Assembly (NCBI GenBank): GCA_965248575.1
Contig: CBDFJQ010000002.1
Location: forward strand, 4,576,001 to 4,640,000
Direction: 5' to 3'
Length of the DNA stretch: 64,000 nt
DNA from: Planctomycetota bacterium
GTDB taxonomy: Bacteria > Planctomycetota > B15-G4
The position numbers and the translations under genes are program-made. This document shows, piece by piece, positions 56,518 through 64,000 of the stretch (position 1 is the stretch's first letter; every line of letters starts with the position of its first letter). Below the pieces are notes generated by a model. That model saw only the letters and a program-made list of their open reading frames with translations. It was not told the origin of the DNA and did not search any database.

Positions 56518-57334
56518 CCGCTGACACATCGCGGTCCACGAGCAGCACGCTGCTCTCCGGTACCTCCACCCATGCCTCGTGGGTCAGTGGTTCAGATGCC
56601 ACCACCACGGCCTTGTAGGGATCTCGCTCGTGATGCACGTGGGGCACGCCGCAGACCTCGCAATCGTGAAGCCCCAGGCGCTCGACCCAGTGCAGGCTCC
56701 TGCGCAGCCGCGTCGCCACCAGGACGGCGCCGTCGGTGAGCATGAAGTTCAACTTCGCTGGCTGCTCGGCGCCCACCTCCTGGCAGCGACCCTCCAGCAG
56801 GCGCACGGCATCTCCTACGTGCTCAGCGAGCACCGGACCGTCGGCGACGGCCTTCCCGATCTCGAGGCCTTTCTTGGCCAGTTGGCTCAGCAGCCAGTAG
56901 AAAGCTGTCTCGCTGTCGGTGTCCCCCAAGCGTGCGCCGCGCAGCGCCGGGAGCGTCTCGGCTTCCAACTGCGAGGCCAGCTTGCTGAAACCGGTGACGG
57001 TTCCGTTGTGCGCGAAGGACCAAGGCCCCCAACAGAACGGGTGGGCGTTCTCCCGGGAAGGTGTCCCCACCGTCGCCAGGCGGACGTGTGCGATGACAGC
57101 CCGCGCAAACGTCCGTTCCGCTGCCCTGCTGAAGGCCAGGTCATCAAAGGCCGCCAGCCCCTGCTTGTGCACCGTCGCGGACCCATTCTCGTACGCGGCA
57201 ATGCCCCAGCCATCGGAGTGGCTTCGCCCGCTCTGGTCGCGCTGACTCTGGATCAGCAGCGCATTCTGTGCATGCACCAGCGTGCATTCGACCTTGGTCT
57301 CTTCATTGGCGAGGAAACCATAGAGGCGACACAT
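56501..57334 (-). CDS. Class II glutamine amidotransferase (EgtC/YafJ-like Ntn hydrolase)
   Basis: N-terminal MCR, DGWG, AHVRLAT, NAHPF, FAHNG, GDTDSE, ASEPL. Confidence 0.92.
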   Translation of the reverse strand: MCRLYGFLANEETKVECTLVHAQNALLIQSQRDQSGRSHSDGWGIAAYENGSATVHKQGLAAFDDLAFSRAAERTFARAVIAHVRLATVGTPSRENAHPFCWGPWSFAHNGTVTGFSKLASQLEAETLPALRGARLGDTDSETAFYWLLSQLAKKGLEIGKAVADGPVLAEHVGDAVRLLEGRCQEVGAEQPAKLNFMLTDGAVLVATRLRRSLHWVERLGLHDCEVCGVPHVHHERDPYKAVVVASEPLTHEAWVEVPESSVLLVDRDVSAATHPL

Positions 57335-57338
57335 GACA

Positions 57339-57809
57339 TCATTCCCTCACCTCGGTCCAGCGCTTGGCGCGCTCCCGTGCGGCCAGAAGCTCGGTTCTCA
57401 ACTCAGCTTGCTGAGGCTCGTCAAGAGTTTCGAGATGGCTGGAGAGGGAGCCACAGCCGTAGGTGTGTTCCAACATGGTGTCTAGCTGCGCCACCAGTTG
57501 GCCTCGAGCGGCCGGCTCTGCGGGCAGGACCTCTTGCCTCAGCGCACGAATCGCGTCCAGGCCCGAAGCGTGCTCTGCCAGGAAGACCCTGACGCGCTCT
57601 GCTCCCAAGGTCTTTACAAGCAGGGGATAGAACACCCGTTCCTCGAACTCGATGTGCGCACCCACCTCGGCGTCGAGTTGGTCTGCAAGTTCTCGGGCCT
57701 GCTCATCATCACCCGCGTCCAGGGCTGCCTTGATCGCCGTCAACCCACGCACGAGGACTTGATGGTCCTGCAGAAACAGCTTCAGCAGTTCGTTGGGCTC
57801 CAAGGTCAT
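57339..57809 (-). CDS. Hemerythrin-like domain protein
   Basis: DH...HIEFEERVFYP...EH...EH; ends 4 nt before the GATase start. Confidence 0.75.
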   Translation of the reverse strand: MTLEPNELLKLFLQDHQVLVRGLTAIKAALDAGDDEQARELADQLDAEVGAHIEFEERVFYPLLVKTLGAERVRVFLAEHASGLDAIRALRQEVLPAEPAARGQLVAQLDTMLEHTYGCGSLSSHLETLDEPQQAELRTELLAARERAKRWTEVRE

Positions 57810-58036
57810 CGGCGGACCTCCAAAGAACCAGTGCGGACGAAGGCTCCGGCCAGGGGACCAATGCCGTGCCTCTCCGGTTCATCCTTTATCGCCCGGACAG
57901 GCCGAACGAGGCATACGGTGCTGGGGGAGGGTCCCTCCGACAAAGTCCGCACAGTCCTCCCTCCACACGGGTGGATACCTGCACTGAGATCAGTCTGAGC
58001 GAGGAGGGCGCGCTGCAATCGCTATCCTCGTCCCGC

Positions 58037-58894
58037 ATGGACCAACCCCTGCCCCGTCCCGCTCCGCGACTTCTCGCTCTCCTCGCCGTCATCCTGCTCG
58101 CGGCTTGCCGCGCGGCGCCTGCGGATAGCGACGGTGCCTCCGACCTCACGGTCATGACGTTCAACATCCGCTACGGGACCGCGGACGACGGCGAGCATCG
58201 TTGGCCTGAGCGTCGAGACCTCGTCGCCGCGCGAATCGCCGAGCAGGCGCCCGACGTGCTCGCGCTCCAGGAGGGGCTCGCCTTCCAGCTTGAGGAGCTC
58301 GGTGATGCGTTGGTCGGATACCGGAAGCTGGGGCGGCATCGCGAGGGCGGTACGGAGGGCGAGTTCTCCGGGCTCTACATCCGGGACTCGCGCGTCGAAG
58401 TGCTCGCATGGGGCGAGCTGTGGTTGTCGCCGACGCCTGACAAGATCGCGAGCCGCGGTTGGGACGCCGCCCTGCCGCGCATGGCGGTCTGGACCGACGT
58501 CCGGCTTCGCGACGGCGGCCCGGAGTTGCGCGTGTACGGCACGCACTACGACCACCGCGGCGAGCTGGCGCGCCTCGAGTCCAGCCGCCTGCTCCTAGCC
58601 CATGCAGCCGACCGACCGCGCGTGGTCGTGGCGGGCGACCTCAATGCCACGGAGGATGAGCCGCCGCTCCGTGCCTTCCTCGACACGGGTTGGCAGTCCG
58701 CGTGGCGCGAGCTTCATCCTGACGACTTGCGTGGCAGCTTCAACGGGTTCACGGACCCGTCGGGCGGGCGGCTCATCGATCACGTGCTCCTACGCGGGCT
58801 CCGACCAGTGGGAGCCCGCATCCTCGGCGGTCGTGTCGGCGGCTTGTTCCCGAGCGACCACGACGCGGTCGTCGCGAGCCTACGTACCGAGTAG
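58037..58894 (+). CDS. Endonuclease/exonuclease/phosphatase (EEP) family lipoprotein
   Basis: Lipobox LAAC; MTFNIR, LQE, THYDH, GDLN, IDH, PSDHDAV. Confidence 0.9.
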   Translation: MDQPLPRPAPRLLALLAVILLAACRAAPADSDGASDLTVMTFNIRYGTADDGEHRWPERRDLVAARIAEQAPDVLALQEGLAFQLEELGDALVGYRKLGRHREGGTEGEFSGLYIRDSRVEVLAWGELWLSPTPDKIASRGWDAALPRMAVWTDVRLRDGGPELRVYGTHYDHRGELARLESSRLLLAHAADRPRVVVAGDLNATEDEPPLRAFLDTGWQSAWRELHPDDLRGSFNGFTDPSGGRLIDHVLLRGLRPVGARILGGRVGGLFPSDHDAVVASLRTE

Positions 58895-58895
58895 T

Positions 58896-59349
58896 CTGGG
58901 CACCAACTGTCCTGGTCTGTGCGTCGTCGAGCTCGTCTGCGAGGCCGACTTCGAGCATCACCAGCCCTACGCGCCAGCGTCACAAACGTCGAGAATCGCA
59001 TCAGTTCGATTGTAGATGCGATGAATCTGAAGTTCGCGACGCTGTTCGACCTGAGGCACGGCATCACGACGTGATGCAGTTGTTCACGGGCCCGACGCCG
59101 GGCGGGGCCTTCCTTGGGCTCGCTTGGATCGACTGCATTTGCGCCGACAAGCGCTACTTGGTCGTCAAGCACTACACCTCCAACTTTGCCTGCCTGACCG
59201 ATCTCTTCGCGCACGAACTCGGCCACGACTGGGGCACCGTCCACTGCAGGTGTCCCACCCTTAAGATGCACCCGAGCGACACGTACGCAAACGTCTTCTC
59301 CCCTGCCACCACCGCGACCATCCTCGCCACCAAGGACAGGGCATCCTGG
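58896..59349 (+). pseudogene. Degraded M12 (reprolysin-like) zinc metallopeptidase
   Basis: Three frame-shifted pieces: CVVELVCEADFE / SVTNVENRISSIVDAMN..HGITT* / DVMQLFTG..GLAW..C..AHELGHDWGTVH. No start codon or N-terminus. Confidence 0.75.
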
Positions 59350-59371
59350 GCGTCGCCGGAGGCGCCCAGCC

Positions 59372-60556
59372 CTACGGCAACAAGATGCTCGCGAACACGG
59401 GCCGGCTGAGGCCGAGCGAGGGTGAGTAGACCTGGCACACCACCGGACGGCCCACCGAACCGTGGCTGGCCGTGATCTCCACGTCGAGGGCCACTGTCCC
59501 GACTCCCGTGACGGGGAAGACGAGGAACTTCGCGGGGTCCATGAAGAGCAGTCCGGGGGCACCCACGGAAATGGGCAGGGAAGGGGACGCGCTGACCAGC
59601 AACACGCTGTCGTCGTCCGCCTCGAAGCTGAGTGTCCAAAGGCTGCCACTGACTGCCGGCCCGGAACTGGTGAGTGCGCTGCCGAGACCGTCGATCTGCG
59701 CGCCGACGTTCGCGGCGGGTCCGTCCGGCTGGTCACAGATCAGGTCACCTGAGGAAGCGAGGAAGGCCATGGCTCCAGAGCCTCCGACGATCAGGCTGTC
59801 CGCCTGGTACAGCGTGCCCGGCGACTTGACGCCCGCGCCGCCGACGCCGCCCGCTTTGGAGCAATTCAGGCCGGGCGACAGGAGCGGGCTGATCAGCCCA
59901 TCGAGGCCCCGCAGGTCGGAGTCGACGACGCACACGTCTCCGGTGCTGGCGACACACGGCTCGCCCCCCGCGAGGGTGTCGTCCGACCACGTCGTGAGCG
60001 CGAAGCCTTCGGTGCCGCGCACGACCGAGTCCTCGATCACCAGCCAGCTCACGTCCACGTCCACGGCCGACACCGGAAGGCGCACGTCCCCGGGCTGCGG
60101 GTCCACCCAGGTTGGGGCGTGGACATCGCAATGAAGCAATCGCAGCTCGTCGAAACCGCCACCGATGATGGCCGGGTCGTTCACCTGCGCGAAGACGGAG
60201 CCGATGACGCCGCCAAAATCGATGCCGGAGAGCGTCACTGCACCCTGTCCGGGGCCGGCCAGCGTGAGCGCCGACGTCGTCGTGAATGGCTGACTGCCGT
60301 CCCACTCAAGGGGCGTGAAGAGCGGGCGGTCCGTGGCATGGCCGGCCAGGAAGATCGGCTTGTCGATCACGACGTTCTCGTACGTGCCGCCCTGGATGAG
60401 GATCACGTCGCCGGGCGCCGCGGCGTCGATGGCGTCCTGGAGCTGCGCGTAGTGCAGTGGCACCTGGATGATGCCGCTCCACGCGGGCTGCGAGAGCCAG
60501 GGAAGGAGGGCCAAGCCGAGCAGTGCGTGTCCGAGGAACTGGGGGATCCGTCGCAT
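59372..60556 (-). CDS. Secreted protein with beta-helix-like N-terminus and a divergent copy of the shared C-terminal domain
   Basis: Signal peptide; QLQDAIDAAAPGDVILIQGGTY; C-terminal GLLFMDP...GRPVVCQ..GLSRP. Confidence 0.75.
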   Translation of the reverse strand: MRRIPQFLGHALLGLALLPWLSQPAWSGIIQVPLHYAQLQDAIDAAAPGDVILIQGGTYENVVIDKPIFLAGHATDRPLFTPLEWDGSQPFTTTSALTLAGPGQGAVTLSGIDFGGVIGSVFAQVNDPAIIGGGFDELRLLHCDVHAPTWVDPQPGDVRLPVSAVDVDVSWLVIEDSVVRGTEGFALTTWSDDTLAGGEPCVASTGDVCVVDSDLRGLDGLISPLLSPGLNCSKAGGVGGAGVKSPGTLYQADSLIVGGSGAMAFLASSGDLICDQPDGPAANVGAQIDGLGSALTSSGPAVSGSLWTLSFEADDDSVLLVSASPSLPISVGAPGLLFMDPAKFLVFPVTGVGTVALDVEITASHGSVGRPVVCQVYSPSLGLSRPVFASILLP

Positions 60557-60768
60557 AGTGTCTCCGGTCTTCTCTTGAAGTGGGTGCCCGCTCCCTGTGG
60601 CGTTGCGACCAGGGTAGCCGAACCCCCGGTGTGGTGACTGGTGCGCATCGTGTCGACGGGGCAGTGCGCGATCTAACCGTCGTCCAGATCGGGCCCGTCG
60701 TCAATGGCCGGCCAGCCTCACGGCGGCCGCTGCCGGCGCACGACCTGCCGACCGGCGGGTTCCCCCGC

Positions 60769-61869
60769 TCAGGGAACCAGCGTCGGTTCGCGGTTCGTGA
60801 ACACCAAGCCGAAGTACTCGTTTTCGTTCGCGCGGGTCGTCTCGGTGATCACGAGGCGGTCGAACGGAGCGGCGGACGTCACGCCGAAGAAGGTGACTCC
60901 GCCGATAGGCAGATTGATCTGGAACGTCACGATCTCGGTCTCGCCGTCCCGTGCCGATACGAAGAAGGTCGACGGGCCGGATCCGCCAGCGACGTCGTCG
61001 ATGTCGATGCCCATGGCAAAGACCTTGTTGTTCGAGATGATCGTGAGGTTCTCATCGCCGTTGAGGGCCAGCTCGACGTCGTTGTCACCCTGGAAGTCCG
61101 CCGGCCAGTTGCTGAAGTTGAGCGTCGAGGGAAACGCCGCGACGAACGTGACCTCGCCGCTCGTGTAGGTCGCTCCGGGCTGCAGACCGCTCGGGTTGTT
61201 GGCCGAGGCCTTGCTCGCGAAGGAGAAGGAGAGAAACGATTGGCGGTTCGTGCTTAGCGAGGGAAATGGCAAGACGGTCGGGGGCACGGTGTCTGCGGCC
61301 ACGACGGACAGTTTGATCTTCGAGTCCACGACGAAGGCGGTTGAGTCTGGCGCGGACGGGTCGAGACGCGTGATGCAGCCGTCGAATCCCGTCGAGACCA
61401 GGGTGCCCGAGGCCACGTCGCCGTTCGCGTCCAGACCGACGAGGAAGCGACCGTTGAGCGAACCTTGCAGGTAGTGCCGGGCGTCGCTCTCGTCGCCCAG
61501 CTCCAGGTCAACGGGCAGAGTGAGAGGCAGGCCCTCGACGACGGCCCCGGACAGCTGCAACGGGTTGTTCCTGCTGTAGAGCACCAGTCCGTTGGGGTGA
61601 TCGTCGAACAGGGCGAACTCGTAGCCGCTTGGAGTCGCCCCGTCGATGCGGATCCAAAACCGCTTCGTGATCGAGCGGCGCTTCGGCTTGCCCGACGTGT
61701 CGACGAAGTCCGGGGCCACGTTCGGCACGACCTCCACGAGCCGCAGCTTCGCCTTCCCGCGCAGCCAGGTGCCGGACAGGTCCTGCGCCTCGAGTACGGT
61801 TGCCGACGTCCAGAAGCAGGCGGCGACGAGGACGGCGAGGCGCAGTGGGTGTGTCGCAGGGACGCGCAT
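60769..61869 (-). CDS. Secreted hypothetical protein (paralog of the upstream gene plus an extra C-terminal beta domain)
   Basis: Signal peptide ending AQDLSGTWLRGK; C-terminal FFGVTSAAPFDRLVI. Confidence 0.7.
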   Translation of the reverse strand: MRVPATHPLRLAVLVAACFWTSATVLEAQDLSGTWLRGKAKLRLVEVVPNVAPDFVDTSGKPKRRSITKRFWIRIDGATPSGYEFALFDDHPNGLVLYSRNNPLQLSGAVVEGLPLTLPVDLELGDESDARHYLQGSLNGRFLVGLDANGDVASGTLVSTGFDGCITRLDPSAPDSTAFVVDSKIKLSVVAADTVPPTVLPFPSLSTNRQSFLSFSFASKASANNPSGLQPGATYTSGEVTFVAAFPSTLNFSNWPADFQGDNDVELALNGDENLTIISNNKVFAMGIDIDDVAGGSGPSTFFVSARDGETEIVTFQINLPIGGVTFFGVTSAAPFDRLVITETTRANENEYFGLVFTNREPTLVP

Positions 61870-61870
61870 G

Positions 61871-62476
61871 TCAGATGTCCGCGAGCGGGGGGAGTGACGC
61901 TGCGGGTACCGACTTCGCGCGCATGCGTACCGAACCGTGCAGGGTTTCGCCGGCCATGACGCCCGTGGAGCGGCCGCCGAACGTCCGTAGCCGGACGCGC
62001 TTCAGGTCGCCGTTCCCGTCGGTCTTCGCTTTGGCGAGCGCCGAGGCGAAGAGGACGACCTCGCCTCCGTCGCTGTCGACGGGAAGCGCGAACGAGAGGT
62101 CCCTGATCACTCCTTTCGGCGTGAGCACGAAGCTTCCGCTGGCGTGCAGGACCAGCTCGCCGCCAATCTCCGTCCAGACGTCCACGAAGTACGTGTCTTC
62201 GCCGCCGCTGCCGTTGCCAAGAATTCCCCGGAGGCTCAGGTACGCGGTCTGCTTGACCACGCGCTTCTTTGGCTTCTGGGTAAGCGGGTTTGGATTCGGG
62301 TTCGGGTTTGCCCCAACGGCCTCGGTGGTCTTCGGCACGAGCATGCGAGCGACGACGCGCGCCTTGAGCCAAGTGCCGTCGAGATCTTGCGCCGACGCCG
62401 TGCCGAGCCCCGCGAGCAGGAGCGTGAGGGTCAGGATGCTTCGTTGGACGATGCGAACCTGCATCGGCAGCTCCAT
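61871..62476 (-). CDS. Secreted hypothetical protein
   Basis: Signal peptide ending AQDLDGTWLKAR; stop lies 1 nt before the next start. Confidence 0.7.
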   Translation of the reverse strand: MELPMQVRIVQRSILTLTLLLAGLGTASAQDLDGTWLKARVVARMLVPKTTEAVGANPNPNPNPLTQKPKKRVVKQTAYLSLRGILGNGSGGEDTYFVDVWTEIGGELVLHASGSFVLTPKGVIRDLSFALPVDSDGGEVVLFASALAKAKTDGNGDLKRVRLRTFGGRSTGVMAGETLHGSVRMRAKSVPAASLPPLADI

Positions 62477-62524
62477 GAGTCAGTGAGGTGGTTGGACGCC
62501 CGGTTGGGAACTCCGCCCGGCATG

Positions 62525-64000
62525 TTACCGCCGCGCTGGCGTCCCCGAAGCGGGGATCGCGTTGCGGATGAACACGCGGATGTCGTCATTCGCGCTCTTC
62601 AGGTCCTCGGCGCGCAAGTACATCATGTGGCCTGAGCGGTAGCCCTTGAAGCTCATGCGGTCCTGGAAGCGGCCCGAGGGGTCCATGTTCCACATGGTGT
62701 ACTTCGCGTTGAAGTAGTCGGTTGCGCCGTCGTAGTAGCCCGACTGCACCATGACGTGCAGGTAGGGGTTCTCGCCCATGGCCTGCTGGAGCTGGCGGCC
62801 TGTCCGGTCGCCGTCGCGGTTCCATGGGTGCACAGGGCCGAAGACCCAGTACTGCAGGTCGGTGTCGTAGCCGAGCACGTTGCGCAGGTAGTGGTTGATG
62901 GCCGGCGCGAAGGCGTGGTTCCAGGACGACAGCGCGGGGTCGAAGTCCGGTGAAGTGCCGGCGTCGCGGCGGTCGGCGCCGCGGTAGCGCGAGTCGAGCC
63001 GCCCGACCGTCAGCCCTTCGTCGCGCAGGAGTTCCTTCCAGAAGAAGCCGGTCGGCACGGCGAGGTTGTACTGCTGTGCCAGCCGCTGCTCGAGCCCCGA
63101 GTAGCGGGCGTAGCGTTGCTCCAGCTCGCTGCGTTCCTGTTCGTCCAGTGCGCCGCCCCGGGACAGCGCCGGGATCAGCTCGTCCAGGGTGAAGGCCTCG
63201 ACCTCTGGCAACAGGTCGTCGAGATCGCGCTCCTGCAAGTCGGGCGCAAGCTTGCCGTGGTACCAGGCCGTGGCTGCGTAGTAGGGCAGGGGGAGCGCGT
63301 CGTTCACCGGGCCGTCGCGCTCGATGCCGAGGCCCGTGGGGGACACGAGCACCACGCCGTTGAGGTACATCCACTGCGAGCCCTGCAGGCGCGCCGCAAG
63401 GCCAGACACGCGCGTCGTGCCGTACGACTCGCCGATCAGGAACTTGGGGCTGGTCCAGCGGCCCTGGCGCGTGACGAAGGTGTCGAGCCAGCGCGCGAGG
63501 TAGCTCACGTCCTCGTTCACGCCGAAGAACTGATCACGGTCCGCGTCGTTGAGGATGCGCGAGAAGCCCGTGTTCACAGGGTCGACGTAGAGGATGTCCG
63601 TCACGTCGAGGATCGAGTGGGGGTTTTCGCGGATGCCGTAGGGCTGGACCGGGTAGCCCTCGTCGTCGATCTCCAGCAGGCGCGGGCCTGTGTACGCGAT
63701 GTGCATCCAGAGCGACGCCGAGCCGGGGCCGCCGTTGAACGAGACGGTGAGCGGGCGGGTGCTGCGGTCCTCGACGTCGCTTCGCTCGTAGTAGGTGTAG
63801 AACATCGACGCGACGATCTCGTTCTCACTATCCCACACCGGCTGCGTGCCGACGGTGACGCGGTACGGCACCTCGACGCCGTCAATGGTCACCGTGTCTT
63901 CAGTGGTGACGGCCTCGTCGGCGGGGATCTCGATCTTCGCGTCGTCGGACTTGTCCTTGCCCTTCTCGGCGGGCATGTCGCTGTCGTCGTCCTGTGCGGA
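62525..64000 (-). CDS. Serine carboxypeptidase, family S10 (N-terminus beyond the window)
   Basis: FNGGPGS, DPVNTGFS, GESYG, GYYD, SGHMMY. The frame is open to 64000 (SAQDDDSDM...). Confidence 0.92.
   Translation of the reverse strand, partial: SAQDDDSDMPAEKGKDKSDDAKIEIPADEAVTTEDTVTIDGVEVPYRVTVGTQPVWDSENEIVASMFYTYYERSDVEDRSTRPLTVSFNGGPGSASLWMHIAYTGPRLLEIDDEGYPVQPYGIRENPHSILDVTDILYVDPVNTGFSRILNDADRDQFFGVNEDVSYLARWLDTFVTRQGRWTSPKFLIGESYGTTRVSGLAARLQGSQWMYLNGVVLVSPTGLGIERDGPVNDALPLPYYAATAWYHGKLAPDLQERDLDDLLPEVEAFTLDELIPALSRGGALDEQERSELEQRYARYSGLEQRLAQQYNLAVPTGFFWKELLRDEGLTVGRLDSRYRGADRRDAGTSPDFDPALSSWNHAFAPAINHYLRNVLGYDTDLQYWVFGPVHPWNRDGDRTGRQLQQAMGENPYLHVMVQSGYYDGATDYFNAKYTMWNMDPSGRFQDRMSFKGYRSGHMMYLRAEDLKSANDDIRVFIRNAIPASGTPARR

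Noticed and set aside
1..64000. CRISPR arrays, tRNA/rRNA genes, IS elements, integrases
   Set aside because: None seen. The repetitive DNA corresponds to protein-coding tandem repeats.

Overview
GC-rich bacterial DNA, probably an uncultured Planctomycetota genome. This is inferred from the Ser/Thr kinase-ECF sigma pair, the sulfatase and the many secreted FG-GAP, TolB-like and beta-helix repeat proteins. I found no rRNA, tRNA, CRISPR array or transposase. The window is a patchwork of short, independent transcription units. It includes a phosphate locus (two tandem ppk2, Na/Pi transporter, USP), an SGNH+MBOAT O-acylation pair, a saccharopine dehydrogenase coupled to a carboxyethyl-ornithine-synthase-like gene next to an APC permease, an orphan ScoE-like (isonitrile-forming family) dioxygenase followed by SGNH and ATP-grasp genes, many exported proteins, and several decayed gene remnants. 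The best leads are: (1) a conserved ~110-130 aa C-terminal domain ending Q-x4-D-x(7-8)-SN[GA], fused to unrelated secreted passengers, a candidate sorting or anchoring signal; (2) an unannotated 48-aa signal-peptide ORF directly upstream of an HTH plus helical protein, a candidate peptide-signalling cassette; (3) the orphan ScoE-like enzyme; (4) the SDH+CEOS operon; (5) two sigma54-type promoters, one of which points only at a structured ~100 nt segment. All family calls come from motif recognition by eye; no database searches were run.
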